Of a stretch of DNA of 64,000 nucleotides, positions 14,739 through 29,471 are shown one piece after another. The stretch is from the human T2T-CHM13v2.0 reference genome, Homo sapiens. Under the pieces are notes generated by a model, which saw only the letters and a list, made by a program, of their open reading frames with translations, was not told the DNA's origin and did not search any database. The stretch lies in assembly GCF_009914755.1 (NCBI RefSeq), contig NC_060934.1; one strand, written 5' to 3'. The translations under genes and the position numbers were made by a program. Numbering within the stretch: position 1 is the first letter of the stretch; each line of letters opens with the position of its first letter.

Positions 14739-15813
14739 AATTACTAAGCAATGCTTACTGATAACACTGTTATTTAATTTTTCAATTAGTTGATAAACTG
14801 TCAATAGAGCTAATTTCTGCCAAGAAGAGAATTAGCACTGGTGGAAAGCTCCCTTCCCTGTCATCAAATGTAAAGAAACTGAAGAAGGAATTATTAAAAG
14901 ATCTGAGGAGAGAGGAAAGTAGAAACTGTGAACTAAAACACATCCAGAGAGACAGAAAAATGAATGAGGGTCTTTATAGCAGGTGTCTGCTTATATGGAA
15001 GATAAATCAGAAAAAAGTAGTTTGTTCTGCTCATACCTCCTTCTCCATCATTGCTGTGAGAGAGGCCCCCTTAATTTAATAGCCCTACAAAGGCTCAGCT
15101 CAGTGATAACTTGTTCCTTAGAGTGAAATCAGGGAAATTGCAGAAGCTAGTGCAGAATCTATGAATCTTGGAACCCCATCCCCTGTTCAAACCATCACCC
15201 CCTTTCATCTTCATCTCCACATTCTCAAGACTAATCAGTCTTAATTTAGGCTCCAGATTATAAAAAGTTTCACCCTCAAACTAATGCCATGCTGCTTTAT
15301 GGGGATAAGCAGGGGGTTAAAGTTAATCTCTAACCTGAAGCATTAGAGAGGTGATAAATAGTGGAAATAGTTACAAATGTGGGATACTCTAGGCCTCATC
15401 CCTTCTTGAATTGATTTTTTTTTTTTGCTGATATAACTAGGGTATGCCCTCCATAGAAATATGGTCACACTAGACTAAACAAACAAACAAGCAAACAAAA
15501 TCTGGTGAGTGAATTTATTTTAAAAGAAAAAGAATGAGAAGTACCATAAGAAGTAAAGTTATTTTAATGCAAGGCCATGGGTTCAAGATAAGGATTAGAA
15601 ATACAATTAAGGAGATGCATGAGCACATGAGAAATAAAAACAGAGAAAAAATGATAGATACAACTAAGTAAAATATTAGGGATTAAAAAATCTAATAGCT
15701 GCATAAAGGATATAATAGAATGTATTACTAGTAGTGTGGATACCTATTAGAACAAGTTAGTGAGATGGACTATCTCAAAAGAAGGGAAGGGCAAAACAAT
15801 ATAAATATAAAAA

Positions 15814-16570
<757 letters not shown>

Positions 16571-16672
16571 AAAAAAAAAAAAAAAAAAAGCTGCTGGCTT
16601 TTCTGAAGACAGGTACTTGAACCTGTCAGTTTGTTTTAAATAAATACAATAGTTGAAAAATATAAATAAATC
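16571..16672 (+). pseudogene. Non-inverted 3' end of the same retrocopy (3'UTR-like segment, polyA signal, decayed tail)
   Basis: A19, then gctgctggcttttctgaagacagg.., AATAAA at 16639-16644 and an A-rich tail from 16656; TSD AATATAAAAG at 16673-16682 matches 15804-15813. Identity with the WWP1 3'UTR is from memory and not verified. Confidence 0.65.
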
Positions 16673-19600
16673 AATATAAAAGGAAAGTTAAGAGATGTGG
16701 AGATAAAAGTAAAAGTGCCAACATCCAGATAGCAAGTATCACAGAAAATATTTAAAAGTAAAAGTAGGAAAGTAGAAATATTTTGGAAATCATAGCAATA
16801 AATGTCCCAAATGAAAGATAAATGGGCCCATAACATGTAAAATAAGAGAGATTAGGAAAAACCAATATATTATCGTAAAAAGTAAATATATCAAAGTCAA
16901 TGAGAATATCGTATCAATTTCCATAAAGAGCTGATCACCTATGAAGAAAGAGTGGTTAGACTGATATCAAACATTTTAATAACAACTGTGAATATAAGAA
17001 GAAATGAAGTAGCATTCAAAAAACATGGACAAAAGAATCTTTCATTACAGTTTTATATCTTGTCAAATTCTTACTGAAATGGAAAGCCACAGTAGAAATA
17101 TTCTCAGGCATATAAAGCTTCAAAAGGTTGGTAACTGGAAGACCTACCTTGAAAACAGTATAGGAGGTGGTACACAGGCAGGGGAAAAAACAAATCCAGG
17201 GTATTCTTCAGAAGACAGAGACATGTATGAGAGACACGAGGTTAGCAATATCTATACACAAGCATATATACATATATACGCACATACATGTCAACATATA
17301 TGTATAGTTTAAGATATATATACATGAAAAATATATGTACATCTTTGCACTGTAAATTGTTTATAATTTTCTTCATGCATATTTCTAAGATAATTATTCT
17401 TAAATGAAAATTTAAAACATAGCATGCTATGCTACAAATGTTAGTATGATCAGTATTTTTCAAGGCTAATATATTACTACATTGTAAATCAGTAATGATT
17501 ACTATGGAAAGGTGAATACCCCAAAGAGCGTAATCCAAATATAAATATTTTTATATAATTTCATTTACTTTTAATTCCAAACAGTATTTAACTTTCTCTT
17601 CTGTGTATGTTTATATATATTTATTTTGCTCATTAAGTAAAACTTTATTGTATAACACCTGCTTGTTAAGTTCTGTGCTTTTTTTTTCCCCAATGTGGTA
17701 GCAAAAATGCTGTACTATAATTATGCTAATCAATTAAGTGAAACTGTTTATGACTGAAGAGGAATCAAATTTTTTTAAGTAGAGAAAATTAAAACATTTC
17801 TATTTGATTTTTAGAAAGAATGGAATAGAAAAATTATTTCTGTGTCACTGTAGGGTTGATTTAGATGTGCTTATTAATGACCACATTTTGTTTTTGTTTT
17901 GACCTGCACATGTGTGTATTTATATGTGTGTGTGTATTTATATGTGTGTATATTTAAAGTGAAAGTTATTAAAATTAAGAAAAATATGCATATTATATTT
18001 TATGAAATTGTTCATCATTTTTTAGTTGTTTCAACTGCAAGGTAGGACTAAATCTCATAGCACTGTGTTTCTAGATTTTAGATATTTCTAATCAGTCAAG
18101 TCTTTATCTCTAGAAGTTTCTACTTCCAGCATTATGTTTTCACAAATCTGGATTCTTGATAGTGTTCAGACAAATATTTTTATAATAGAGAGAATGAGTT
18201 GCCTTTTAATCTTACCATTCATTCCAATATTTACCTTATTTACATATAATCATAGTACTAAATATGAATAATAGGAAAAATGCCATACTTTTTCTTACTT
18301 CCTTACACTTCCTCTTATTGCTTATTTTTATATTTTTATTCAGTGTTTTCTGTCAAACTCATTGACAATGCATGATATATTGTATTCTAAGACCTAGGTT
18401 TCTTTCATATTTGCACATATTAATTCCTCTTCTAACAGTCTATACAATTGGTTTATTTATTATAATGATATTTTTATTTAGTTTTACTTTCCAATAATGC
18501 AACATTAAACAAAATTAAAACCAAAAAAGTCTACTCCGCTTATTCCCAGTGATCCTCTAGTTTGTGAGGTAATTTAAACATCTATCCCCATTTTCTAAAT
18601 TGCTATGTTCAACTTACCATTTCCTACTTTTCAAAATATCATTTGGCATTTGGAGATTCTATCGTTTTGTTCCAGATTTGTAATTTTACCCTTTCTCCCT
18701 AGGCCTAGCTATTACTACAATGCTCTGATAATGAACTCATCCTGACTTGAAAATAATCTTGAATCTTGAATAAAACACCTTTACCAAACAGTTATAGTTT
18801 GAATGTAAGGTTTTTTCCACTGAATTCTTGTTAGTTTTAAATGTGTCAGGATTTTGGCTTACTTCAAGTACTCCCTGAAAATTACATTATCAATGAGGTT
18901 GATGTTTATAGAAAGTGTTCACACATAAAATCAGTAACCGCTCAAGAGATTTGATTTCTTTGAAGAATTGGTTACTAATTTGCCTCTCTTAAAGTTTGAT
19001 AATTATTTTGATTATAATTTACCAAGAAATATAATGCATTTAAGTTCCCTTCTTTCCCTGATAAGACTTACATATGATCTTCTGGCATGATGGAGAAGAG
19101 TGTTTTACTTTCCTGGTTTGGGGACACATATACAATCCAAGGAAGTCATTCTCATAAGGAACATTCATCAATGTAACCTTCTTTCTAAGGAAGTTTTTAT
19201 AGCTTTGAATTTTAAAATTTATTCAGTGTTTATATTGACAAAATATCCTCAAAAGCTACTTTTCCTTAAAAGAATAGACACATATATCTGTGATTTTTTT
19301 ATATGCTAAGACTACATTGTATCTATTTTTCACATTGTTTATGAATAGTTTTAAGAAGTTATACTTTGTTTATATTCACAAGTTTTACCATAAAATTATG
19401 AATGACCAAAGTAAAATGAGGACGTAGAGAAAAATTTATATGGCAAATCTTAAAGTAAGCTGTATATTTATTTACACTGTAGGAAAGAAGTATGTAATGT
19501 GTCAGGTAGTACATTTGAAGAGAAAAAAAGTGAAGAAAGAAAGCAATTAGATATTTCTGCTAATCTCATTCAGTAAAATAATTTTTCCTTATTGAAAATT

Positions 19601-22600
19601 TCCACTGTCCACTATATCATATATTTATTTTAGAAAATATCTATAGTGTCTATACAGAAAATTAAGACTTCACATTCACTTAAATTTGGGTCTTTTGACA
19701 TAACTTTGCTTAGAAGAAAAAACTATAAATATCAAATATAAAGCTAAATCAATAGCAATATATTATATATTTACTGGATACAGGCCTATCTTCTTTAAAA
19801 TGTTAGGATTGTACTGCAGATTACCATGTATATAATGGTTTCCAAGGCTGTTTCATTTTTATTTCATTTTTACTTTCAATTACTCATTCATTCAACAAAA
19901 TTTTTAAGCCCTAAAATGTAAGAAACACCAACAGTTTGATCTTTCTGAATATAAGGGTAAGCAGAACAATTGTGGTTCTCACATTCTTTGAAACATGAAC
20001 AAATTAACTACCACATGACCATCCAGAAAGTTGGGTAATGCCACAAATTCAAATACTATACAGCTAATTGGGCCAAAATCTGTGACTTTTGGGTGAAGAG
20101 GAGGGAATATGTATAGATGCTGTGTCAGACTTCAAACAAGATATATCTTTTCCAACATGTGATGTTGTTGTTGAAAGATAAACCCTATAATCATTGGAAT
20201 ATAATGATATCTAAAATCAGAGATTGGTACTTCATAGGGATGCGCTTAAGGGAGAATGTGGGGCAGACTATAGAGAATGCGCTATAAAAGTTTAGTTTGA
20301 CATCAGGGACTTCCAAAGAGGAGATTTAACAGAAACCATGTAAATAAGCAATTTATATTATACACAAACTTGTCTCTAGTTTGGAAACTTGCCAAATGTG
20401 AAGGCAAAGAGGAGGTAAAGAAAAACAAGCCAAAGATTCAAGCACAGAAAGGTTTGATCTGTATTAAAACATCATGTTGTACACCTTAAATATAGGCAAC
20501 TTTTAAAAGGTTGTGACTTAAAGGGTCTTGCTGCAATCTACATTCTCTTTTTCAATACCTCACACCTGGCAACGACACAGCTCAAAACAAAGAAAAGTCA
20601 GATTTAGTGAGAGGTTGTTTTTAAACACTGACACAAAGTGAAAGCTAATGTTTGCTCCAATTCACAACCCTTCTAACATTACCCTTGCCTCTCACACTAC
20701 TTCTCTTCAGACCCTACTGATCATAACTCAAAGATTAAAATCAAGAAGAAATGTGGGGAAAAATGTTAGAGAAAGAAATGTAAACAAAGAGCTAATAAGT
20801 ACAATATATCATAGAAGGCACTACTCAAAAAAACACAAAATGAAATTGTGTAAAACATTTGTAATAGTTGCAATGAAATTACAGGCATGCTATTTCTTAG
20901 AAAAAGTTACAAGAGTTGTAAATATTCAGAAAATATATATAGTAGACCAAAATGGAAGAAAACAAGAGCTTTTATTTTTCAGGAAAAAAAGGCAAATATA
21001 TGAAGTAAAAAATGAAAGCTAAATGTAAAAATAAAAATGGAATAAGAATAAATTATATATAATGGCCAAGCCTAAGTAAATCACTGTAAACTTTTAAAAA
21101 CAACATAAAATTGAGAGAAAATGATAGTAATGGAATAGAGAAAAAACAAATTCTCTTTAAAAATATGAAGCACTTGAAGGATTTGTCCTGGGTCCCACAC
21201 TCTCGCTGAGTCCTAAGCAGCTACAGCAAGGTACCATTTTGAAATCCCAACTCAAAAGAGCCTGCACACTGACCGGGGGCCCAGAGTCACTAGGATTGAG
21301 GTGTGAGTGAAGCAGCCATCACCATGGCTGAAGTACAAACAGAGTGGGTGTTCCTCACCTGCCAGCTTAGGCTGCCACCACTGAAGGCAGCCCTCCCCTC
21401 CCCAGTGGCTTGGATCCAGCACAACTGCAGCCACCCTCGACCTAAGCATTCTGTCAGGGCTCTGGGGAATGCAAATTTAAAGAGTTGAAAGAAATGACTG
21501 TTACACCAGATGCACAGATACCAGTGTAAGGATACATGAAAACAGCAAAAACATGTGACTCCTCCAGAGGAACACAATCATTCTTCGGCAAAAGATCCCC
21601 ATTTTTAAAAAGTTACAAAAACCCAGAAAAGAACTCAAAATATCAATTTTAAGGAAGTTCGATAAGATATAAGGGAATACTGAAAAACAACACAAAGCAA
21701 CCAGAAAAACGATTCAGGATATGAATGAGAAATTTGCCAGAGATATCATACAAAACAACCCAACAGGTGAGAAGATGGCACCACGCAACTGCCTGTCTCT
21801 GCTGCTCCCCGCTAAACTTGACCTGACTCTGAGACAGGTCTGCAGCCCAGCCACCCTGCTCCCACTTGAGCATGCTGGCTGCAGCCAGGTGTTCTGAGAG
21901 CCATCCCCAACCCGGGGCTGGTGATCCACCCTTTGGCCTCCGCAGCAGTTGCTGCCACTGAGCCATGCTGGAAGCGGGGAAACATGGCCCAACAGTGAAA
22001 TCCACCCCACTTCTACGGGAGCAAACTGCAAGCAAGCTACGTGCCCCACAGCTGCCAGCCTCCACTGCTCCAGCTGAAGGAGGCCTACTTTCTCCAGCAG
22101 CAGGACTGCCCCTGCTTGAGCATTCTCACTGCTGAATGTTATTCTTCTGAGAGCACAGGCCCCAAAGCCTGGTGATATGCCCTTGGGCTGCCACTGCCAC
22201 CGCTGCTGCCCTCAGCACTTCCAGGCCAGGAAGAGAGTGGGAGGCCAGGCATGCTTGCAGATCCCAAGGCAGGATACTGCCACTGCACCTGTGAGAGGGA
22301 GGCTCAAGTGGGCATGCGCCACACAGCTCGCTCCCTTCACTGCTCCCACTCAGGAAGGCCTGTCTTCCATGTAAAATACCTTCAGCACAGCTGTCCTGCT
22401 CCTGCCTTATCATTTCAGATGCACCCTGGAAACTTTCTGAGAGCCCAGCCCCCACAGGCCTGTGATCTACCCTGAAGCTCCCACCATCTCAGCACTCTTC
22501 CACTGCCTGAGCATTCTGCCTGCCCCTGACTGAAATTTCTGCTGGTGACCGGGAAATCAGCAGCCTGCTTCTCCCTATCACAGAGGGCACCTGACTTCTA

Positions 22601-25109
22601 GGGACATAAGAACAAGACTGCTGGCTTATTCCGGGCCCAGTCACTCCAGGCCTGTTATACACCATCTAGTTGGCCATTTAGGGTCCTGGGGACACAGAGA
22701 TTTCCTAGCCCACTCCATCACTGCCGGGGCCTGACCACTCCCTCAGTCTGAGTCCTCAGACTCCCCTAGGTTCTGAGGTCGGGTCCACTTAACCAGCCAC
22801 CACAACCACAGCTGACACCCACTCATATGTGCCAAAAGGTGAAGCCTCTACCCCTCTCTATGTGAAGCAGCAGTGTTCTCACATTGGAGAACAGAAGAAC
22901 CACAAAGCTGTCTGTATTAGGCTGAGTGAAGCGGTTCTACCTCAAGGCCATTAAGCATTTTCTGTGGCTCTCAGCCACATGGTGTCCTGGAGATAGATGA
23001 CAGTGGGTGGCTGCACTGAGAGTCACAGGGCCCAGGAAAGGGGTGGAATAAGGAAACAGATCATGTTCCTGCTTGTCTAAGATATGGAGGTAGTTCAGCC
23101 CCTCTCCCCCTGTGGAGACCTCAATGCATTTCACCAGGAGTTCCCCCAGACACTCATCAGATTTGGTGCCTGCACACATCACTGGGGTATTTGTGGGTGA
23201 GCCAAGTGGTCCTACTCTGCCTTGTATCCCCACCCCGCCCACTGAACAGGAAAGTCAGGGCACACAACATTCCACTGATAACACAGAAATACAAAAGATC
23301 ATCAGATACTATTATGAGCAACTCCATGCTAACGAACTTGAAAATCTAGAGGAAATGCATAAATTTCTGAAAACATACAACCTACCATGATTGAAACACA
23401 AAGAAATAAAAAACCTGAGCAGACCGGTAACAAGTAATGAGATAGTAGCAGTAATGAAGTCTCGCCCCCAAAAAAGTCCAGGATCAGATGGCTTCACTGA
23501 TTATACTAAATTATACCAAACTTTCAAAGAGGAACTAACACCAATTTTCCTTAAAGTATTCCAAAAATTTGAGGTAATTCTCTCTAGTTTGCTCCATGAG
23601 GGCCACATTATCCAGCTACCACAACCAAAAAAGGACACAACAGAAAAAGAAAACTATAGACCCATAACCCTCATGAACACAGACACAAAAATCTTCATCA
23701 AAACACTAGCAAACCAAATTCAACAGCACCTCAAAAAAATGATACACCATGATCAAGTGGGATTTATCTTAGGGATACAGGAATGGTTCAACATATGCAA
23801 ATCAATAAACAGGATACATCACATCAAGAGAATGAAGGACAAAAGTCATGTGATCACCTCAACTGAAGCAGAAAAAGCTTTGATAAAATTCAACATCCCT
23901 TCATGATAAAAAACTGTCAAGAAACTGGGCACGGAAGGAATATAGCACAACATAATAAAGGTCATATGGAAGAAATTCACAGATAGCATCATACTGAAGG
24001 AGAAAAAGCTGAGAGTCTTTTACCTAAGAAGTGGAACGAGACAAGGATTTCTACTTTCACCACTTCTATTCAACATAGTACTGGAGGTGCTAGCCAGAGG
24101 AACCTGGCAAGAGAAAGAAAAAAAAAAGGCATCTACGCTGGAAAAAAAGGGATGTCAAATAGTCCCTCTTTACGGATGATGTGACCTAATATCTAGAAAA
24201 ACATTCAAACTCTACCAAAAAAATTATTAGATCTGATCAATAAATTCAGTAAAGTTGCAGAATACAAAAACACAGAAAAAAGTAGCATTTCTATGCACAA
24301 ATAATGAAATTGCTGAGAAAGAAATCAGAAGGTAATCCTACTTACAATAGGTAAAAAAATAAAATATCTAGGAAAATATTTAACTAGGAAGATGAGAGAT
24401 CTCTACAAGAATGACTACCAAGCACTGATGAAAAAAACTGATGGACACACAAACAAATGGACACATATCCAGTGCTCATCAATAGGAAGAAATATCATTA
24501 AAATGACCATACTGCCCAAACCAATCTACAGCATCAATGCAATTCCTATTAAAATGTCAGTGTCATTTTTCAACAGAATTAGATATAGCAATCTTAAAAT
24601 TCACATGAAACCCCCCAAAATATTATGGATACCCAAAGCAATGAGCAAAAAGAACAAACCTGGAAGCATTATACCTGATTTCAAACTATATTACAAAGCT
24701 ATGGTAGCCTAGTAATAGAGAAACCAGAAATAAATTCATGTATTTACAGCCAACTAATCTTTTACAAAGTTGCCAAGAACATACATTGAAGAAAGGAGTC
24801 TCTTCAATAAATAGTGCTGTGAAAATTGGCTATTCATATGCAGAAGAATGAAACTGGACCCCTTTTCCTCACCATCCACAAAAATCAACTCAGCATGGTT
24901 TGAAGATTTGAATGTAAGATCCAAAACTATAAAACTCTTAGAAGAAAACATAGGGAAAACACTTCAAGTGTTGCCATTGGTTGTGGCAAAGAGATGGCTA
25001 AGACTTCAAAAGCATAGGCAATAAAAACAAAAATAGACAATGAGACCATATTAAACTAAAAAATTTCTACATCATAAAGGAAATAGTCAATAGATTAAAG
25101 AGACAACCT

Positions 25110-25404
25110 GGGCTGGGCACAGTGGCTCACACCTGCAACCTTAACACTGGGAGGCTGAGATGGACAAATGGCCTGAGCCCAGTTCTAGACCAGCTTGGGC
25201 AACATTGCGAAACCCTGTCTCTATAGAAAAAAAAAAAAACAGCTGGGTGTGGTGGTGTGTGCCTATAGTCCCAGCTACTTGGGAGGCTGAGGTGGGAGGA
25301 TGACTTGAGCCCTGGAGGTCAAGGCTGCAATGAGGTGTGATCAGGCCACTGCGCTCCAGCCTGGCTGACACAGCAAGAACCTGTCTCAAAAAAAAATAAT
25401 AATA
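25110..25404 (+). mobile_element. AluJ inserted in L1
   Basis: J-type diagnostics (ggaggatgacttgagccctggaggtcaaggctgca); TSD aaagagacaacct at 25097-25109 and 25405-25417. Confidence 0.93.
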
Positions 25405-26148
25405 AAAGAGACAACCTAGTGGATGAAAAATATAATTGCAAAATATTCATCCAACAAGGAAGTAATATACGGAATTTGCATAGAACTCAAACAACAATAA
25501 AGAAAACAAATAATCCCATTAAAAGTAGGCAAATTACATGATCAGACATTTATAAAATGCATATGAATGGCCAAGAGGTATATGAAAAAATGCTTAACAT
25601 CATTAATCAAAGTTTCAATGAGATATTATCTTATCCCAGTTAGAATAACTATTATTAAAAAGACTAAAAGTAACAGGTGCTGGTGAAGATGTAGAGAAAA
25701 GGAATTCTCCTACACCATTGGTCGGAATTTAAATTAGTAAACCAGTACAGAAAATAATATGGAGATTTCTCAAAAAGTGAAAAATAGAACTACCATAGGA
25801 TCTAGCAGTTCTACTACTGTGTATTTATCCCAAGAAAAAGAATTGAAATCAGTATATCAAAAGAATACCTGCATGTCCATGTTCATTGCAGCACTATTCA
25901 CAATAGCCAAGACACAGAGTCAACCTAAGTCTCCATCAATAGATGAATGGATTTTAAAAAATCTATACAAAATGGAATACTATTCAGCCATAAAATGAAT
26001 GAAATCATGTCACTTCCAGCAATATGGATGGAAATGGAGGTAATTCTGTTAAGTGAAATAAGCCAGGCACAGAAAGTCAAATATTGCATGTTCTCACTCA
26101 TATGGGGGAGCTAAAAAAGTTACGTCAAGAAGGTAGAAAACACAATCA

Positions 26149-26913
<765 letters not shown>

Positions 26914-27032
26914 TTATCTCAAAAAAAAAGAAAAACAAGATTTATCATAGCTGCTATAATAAACTGACTCCTAATTTTAGTATCTTAATTTAACAAAGGT
27001 GTGTTTGTAGCCTACACTACGTGTTTCTAACA

Positions 27033-27107
27033 TTGAGTTAAAATATATGAGATTGCCATTTTCTAGTTCAAAAATGGTCAAATAGCAATTTCATGTGGTT
27101 CAGACTA
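27033..27107. mobile_element. MADE2-like mariner-derived MITE inside an old MaLR LTR remnant (~26940-27340)
   Basis: Imperfect palindrome atatgagattgcc...gcaatttcatgtggttca, ~75 bp. Confidence 0.65.
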
Positions 27108-27477
27108 CAGGTTGACAGTGGGCTCTGATCTGCTGTCCATTAGCTTCATCAGTTGGAACAGGGCCTTGTTGCCATGGTAGCTAAGAAAGCATATGGAAAT
27201 CCCACTCTTATGATTTGTCCTAGAAGTATCGTTTATCACCACATCTCATACTCCATAACCTGGAAGTATTCATTTGGTCTTCCTTTCTGCAAATTCAGCT
27301 GGGACTTACAGCCACCTGTGTTCCCAGAAGACAGGAAGAATAAAATATTAACAATATTAACAATATAAATATAAAAATAATCAAAATAAATTATCCTGGA
27401 AAAAAAAGTTAGTATTCAAATTTCTCCATAGAAACACAAGTCACAAGATAGTTGAGTGATATAAAAAGTTCTGACAG

Positions 27478-27930
27478 ATGTCACCAAGATGGTGGAGTAC
27501 GAGGTAATACCTTTCATCCCATCCAAAAACAAATACAGATAGCTATCCACAAACCAAAATAGCCCTGAGAGGGCTCAAAGGCACATTAAGGAATCTGCAG
27601 AAACACTGCGGAGTAAAAAAATGGAGACTGATTATCCAGAAAGGATTGCTAGTGAGATCAGCATTGCTCAGATGCCAGAAGACAGATATGAACAAAGAAG
27701 AAAGTTGTACACTATTAGTGTCAGTCTTTTAGTGAGAACCGCTGTGTTCTCAGCAGCCTATTCCAGAGAGAACATGGGCATATCTTGCCACTGAGGTAAC
27801 TAATCATCATTCCCACCAGGGAACTCCAGAGAGAGAAAGACATGACTGCATGGCTCCCCACTCTTCCTTAGCTGCTCTTGGCTCCTTCAAGAAAGAAGTT
27901 GCCACCTTTCCCAACCTCCCAACCCCATTC
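27478..27930 (+). mobile_element. Old L1M 5'UTR fragment
   Basis: Starts gtcaccaagatggtggagta, a typical L1 5' terminus motif. Confidence 0.55.
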
Positions 27931-28079
27931 ATCTATATTATTTGACAAAAGATTATACCTTTAATTTAGCAACTCTTTTAATGTACAAGCATTCCAGTTA
28001 CGTTAACATTCTACTTCATAATTTTATTTCTAAAACTAACTTATACAGTAGAGTCTCATTTTGTCAATCTATTTTTAAA

Positions 28080-28530
28080 TTTATACATTCAATAAATGCT
28101 TATTGTATATTCACCTAGGGCCACCTTGTTGTTACAGGTAAAGCTGTGAATTGGAGAACATTTTCTGCCCACATACAGTTTACATTCTACAGTGGATGCA
28201 CACGACAAAATTATCCATAGTCATATAATGTAACTTGCAGTAAAAGAGTTCAAGGGCAGATCAGGCAGGGCCTTACAGGCCATGCTAATAAGTTATATTT
28301 TATTGCAAAAGTAATAGGAAGTGATTGTGGGGTTTCAAAATGAGGGGATAAGAGCATCTGATTTTGATAATTAATGGATAATTCTCATCACCATGTAGAA
28401 CTGCCATGAGAGAAAGAGAGATGAAGCAGGGAAACCAGAGAACTTGTTAAATGACCCAGAAGGGACGCTCCTGGGAATTTATGATTATTGGTGGCACTAG
28501 TGATGGAAGTGATCAAAATCTGGAAAAATG
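28080..28530 (-). mobile_element. L2 fragment
   Basis: cattcaataaatgcttattg..; ggcagatcaggcagggccttacaggccatgctaa..ttttattgcaaaagtaataggaag. Confidence 0.65.
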
Positions 28531-29471
28531 TGGGTTTTGTTTTGTTTTTGTCTTTGCATTTTTACTAAAAGTTATACATTTTGGCGTCGATAAGAAATAA
28601 ATGAAATTTAAAGTCACAGGACTGGATGGCCTCTCCTGGGGGTATGATGGGGGGAGCTCTTAATTTTACTTATTTATTCATCTATTCCTCTATCAATCTG
28701 TCTGTTTAAACACATACAGATAATTCTAGAAAAATACTATTACATGTAGTTAAGATTTGGAGTCATATTTTGTTGTGTTTTTGTACTTTCTCTGTTTTGC
28801 ATAATGAAAAAATACATGTATCATTTTTATAAAAACAGTGACCTCAGTTATTGAAGAAAAGAGTGTGAAAGACAGGGAAGCATAATGAGGAATTAGTGCA
28901 CCCAGGAATAGTGAGGTTATTATATCTAAACACTTATAGTAACAAAAACTAAGACTTAAGTATTATCTCAAAATGAGAATCCTGAATGCCAACACATGTC
29001 ACTAGCTGGACATCTGTGTTTACAGTTTGCCAATCAGCATCTACAAAAAGAAGGAGAAGAAATAGGTAACAGTAACAACCAACATACGGTGGAAATTAAG
29101 GAACTAAATTATCACAGTTTGAGAAAATGTGACTGTTAACAGTTAAATTTTAATCCTATAGGAGTAATGTCAAATAGCTCATTGAATAAGAGCTTTTTCA
29201 AAATTTCTGGGATAAAATTTTAATTTTTAAAACAACACATCCATAATTAAAATCCAAATGCACTAGGCTGCATGTTTAAAAGGGAAATGTTGATATATAC
29301 ATTTGTCAAATTCTGACCGATTTAGGTTGAGAAATCTAGAATTTAATGGTAAGGTAAAATATATTCACTACATTGTAAGTTAATTAGACATTGATTTTAG
29401 TCATAGATCTGTATATATCTAAAATAGGGAACAAACAAATCAAGTGAGATGCAAAAAATTATGTAACACCA

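Noticed and set aside
21770-23275. GC-rich block as a CpG-island promoter
   Set aside because: CpG-depleted (many TG/CA dinucleotides) and embedded in L1 sequence; best read as an old L1 5'UTR.
23391-24712. Reverse-transcriptase-like ORFs as an active or domesticated gene
   Set aside because: Fragments of L1 ORF2 broken by frameshifts and stops; endonuclease domain absent.
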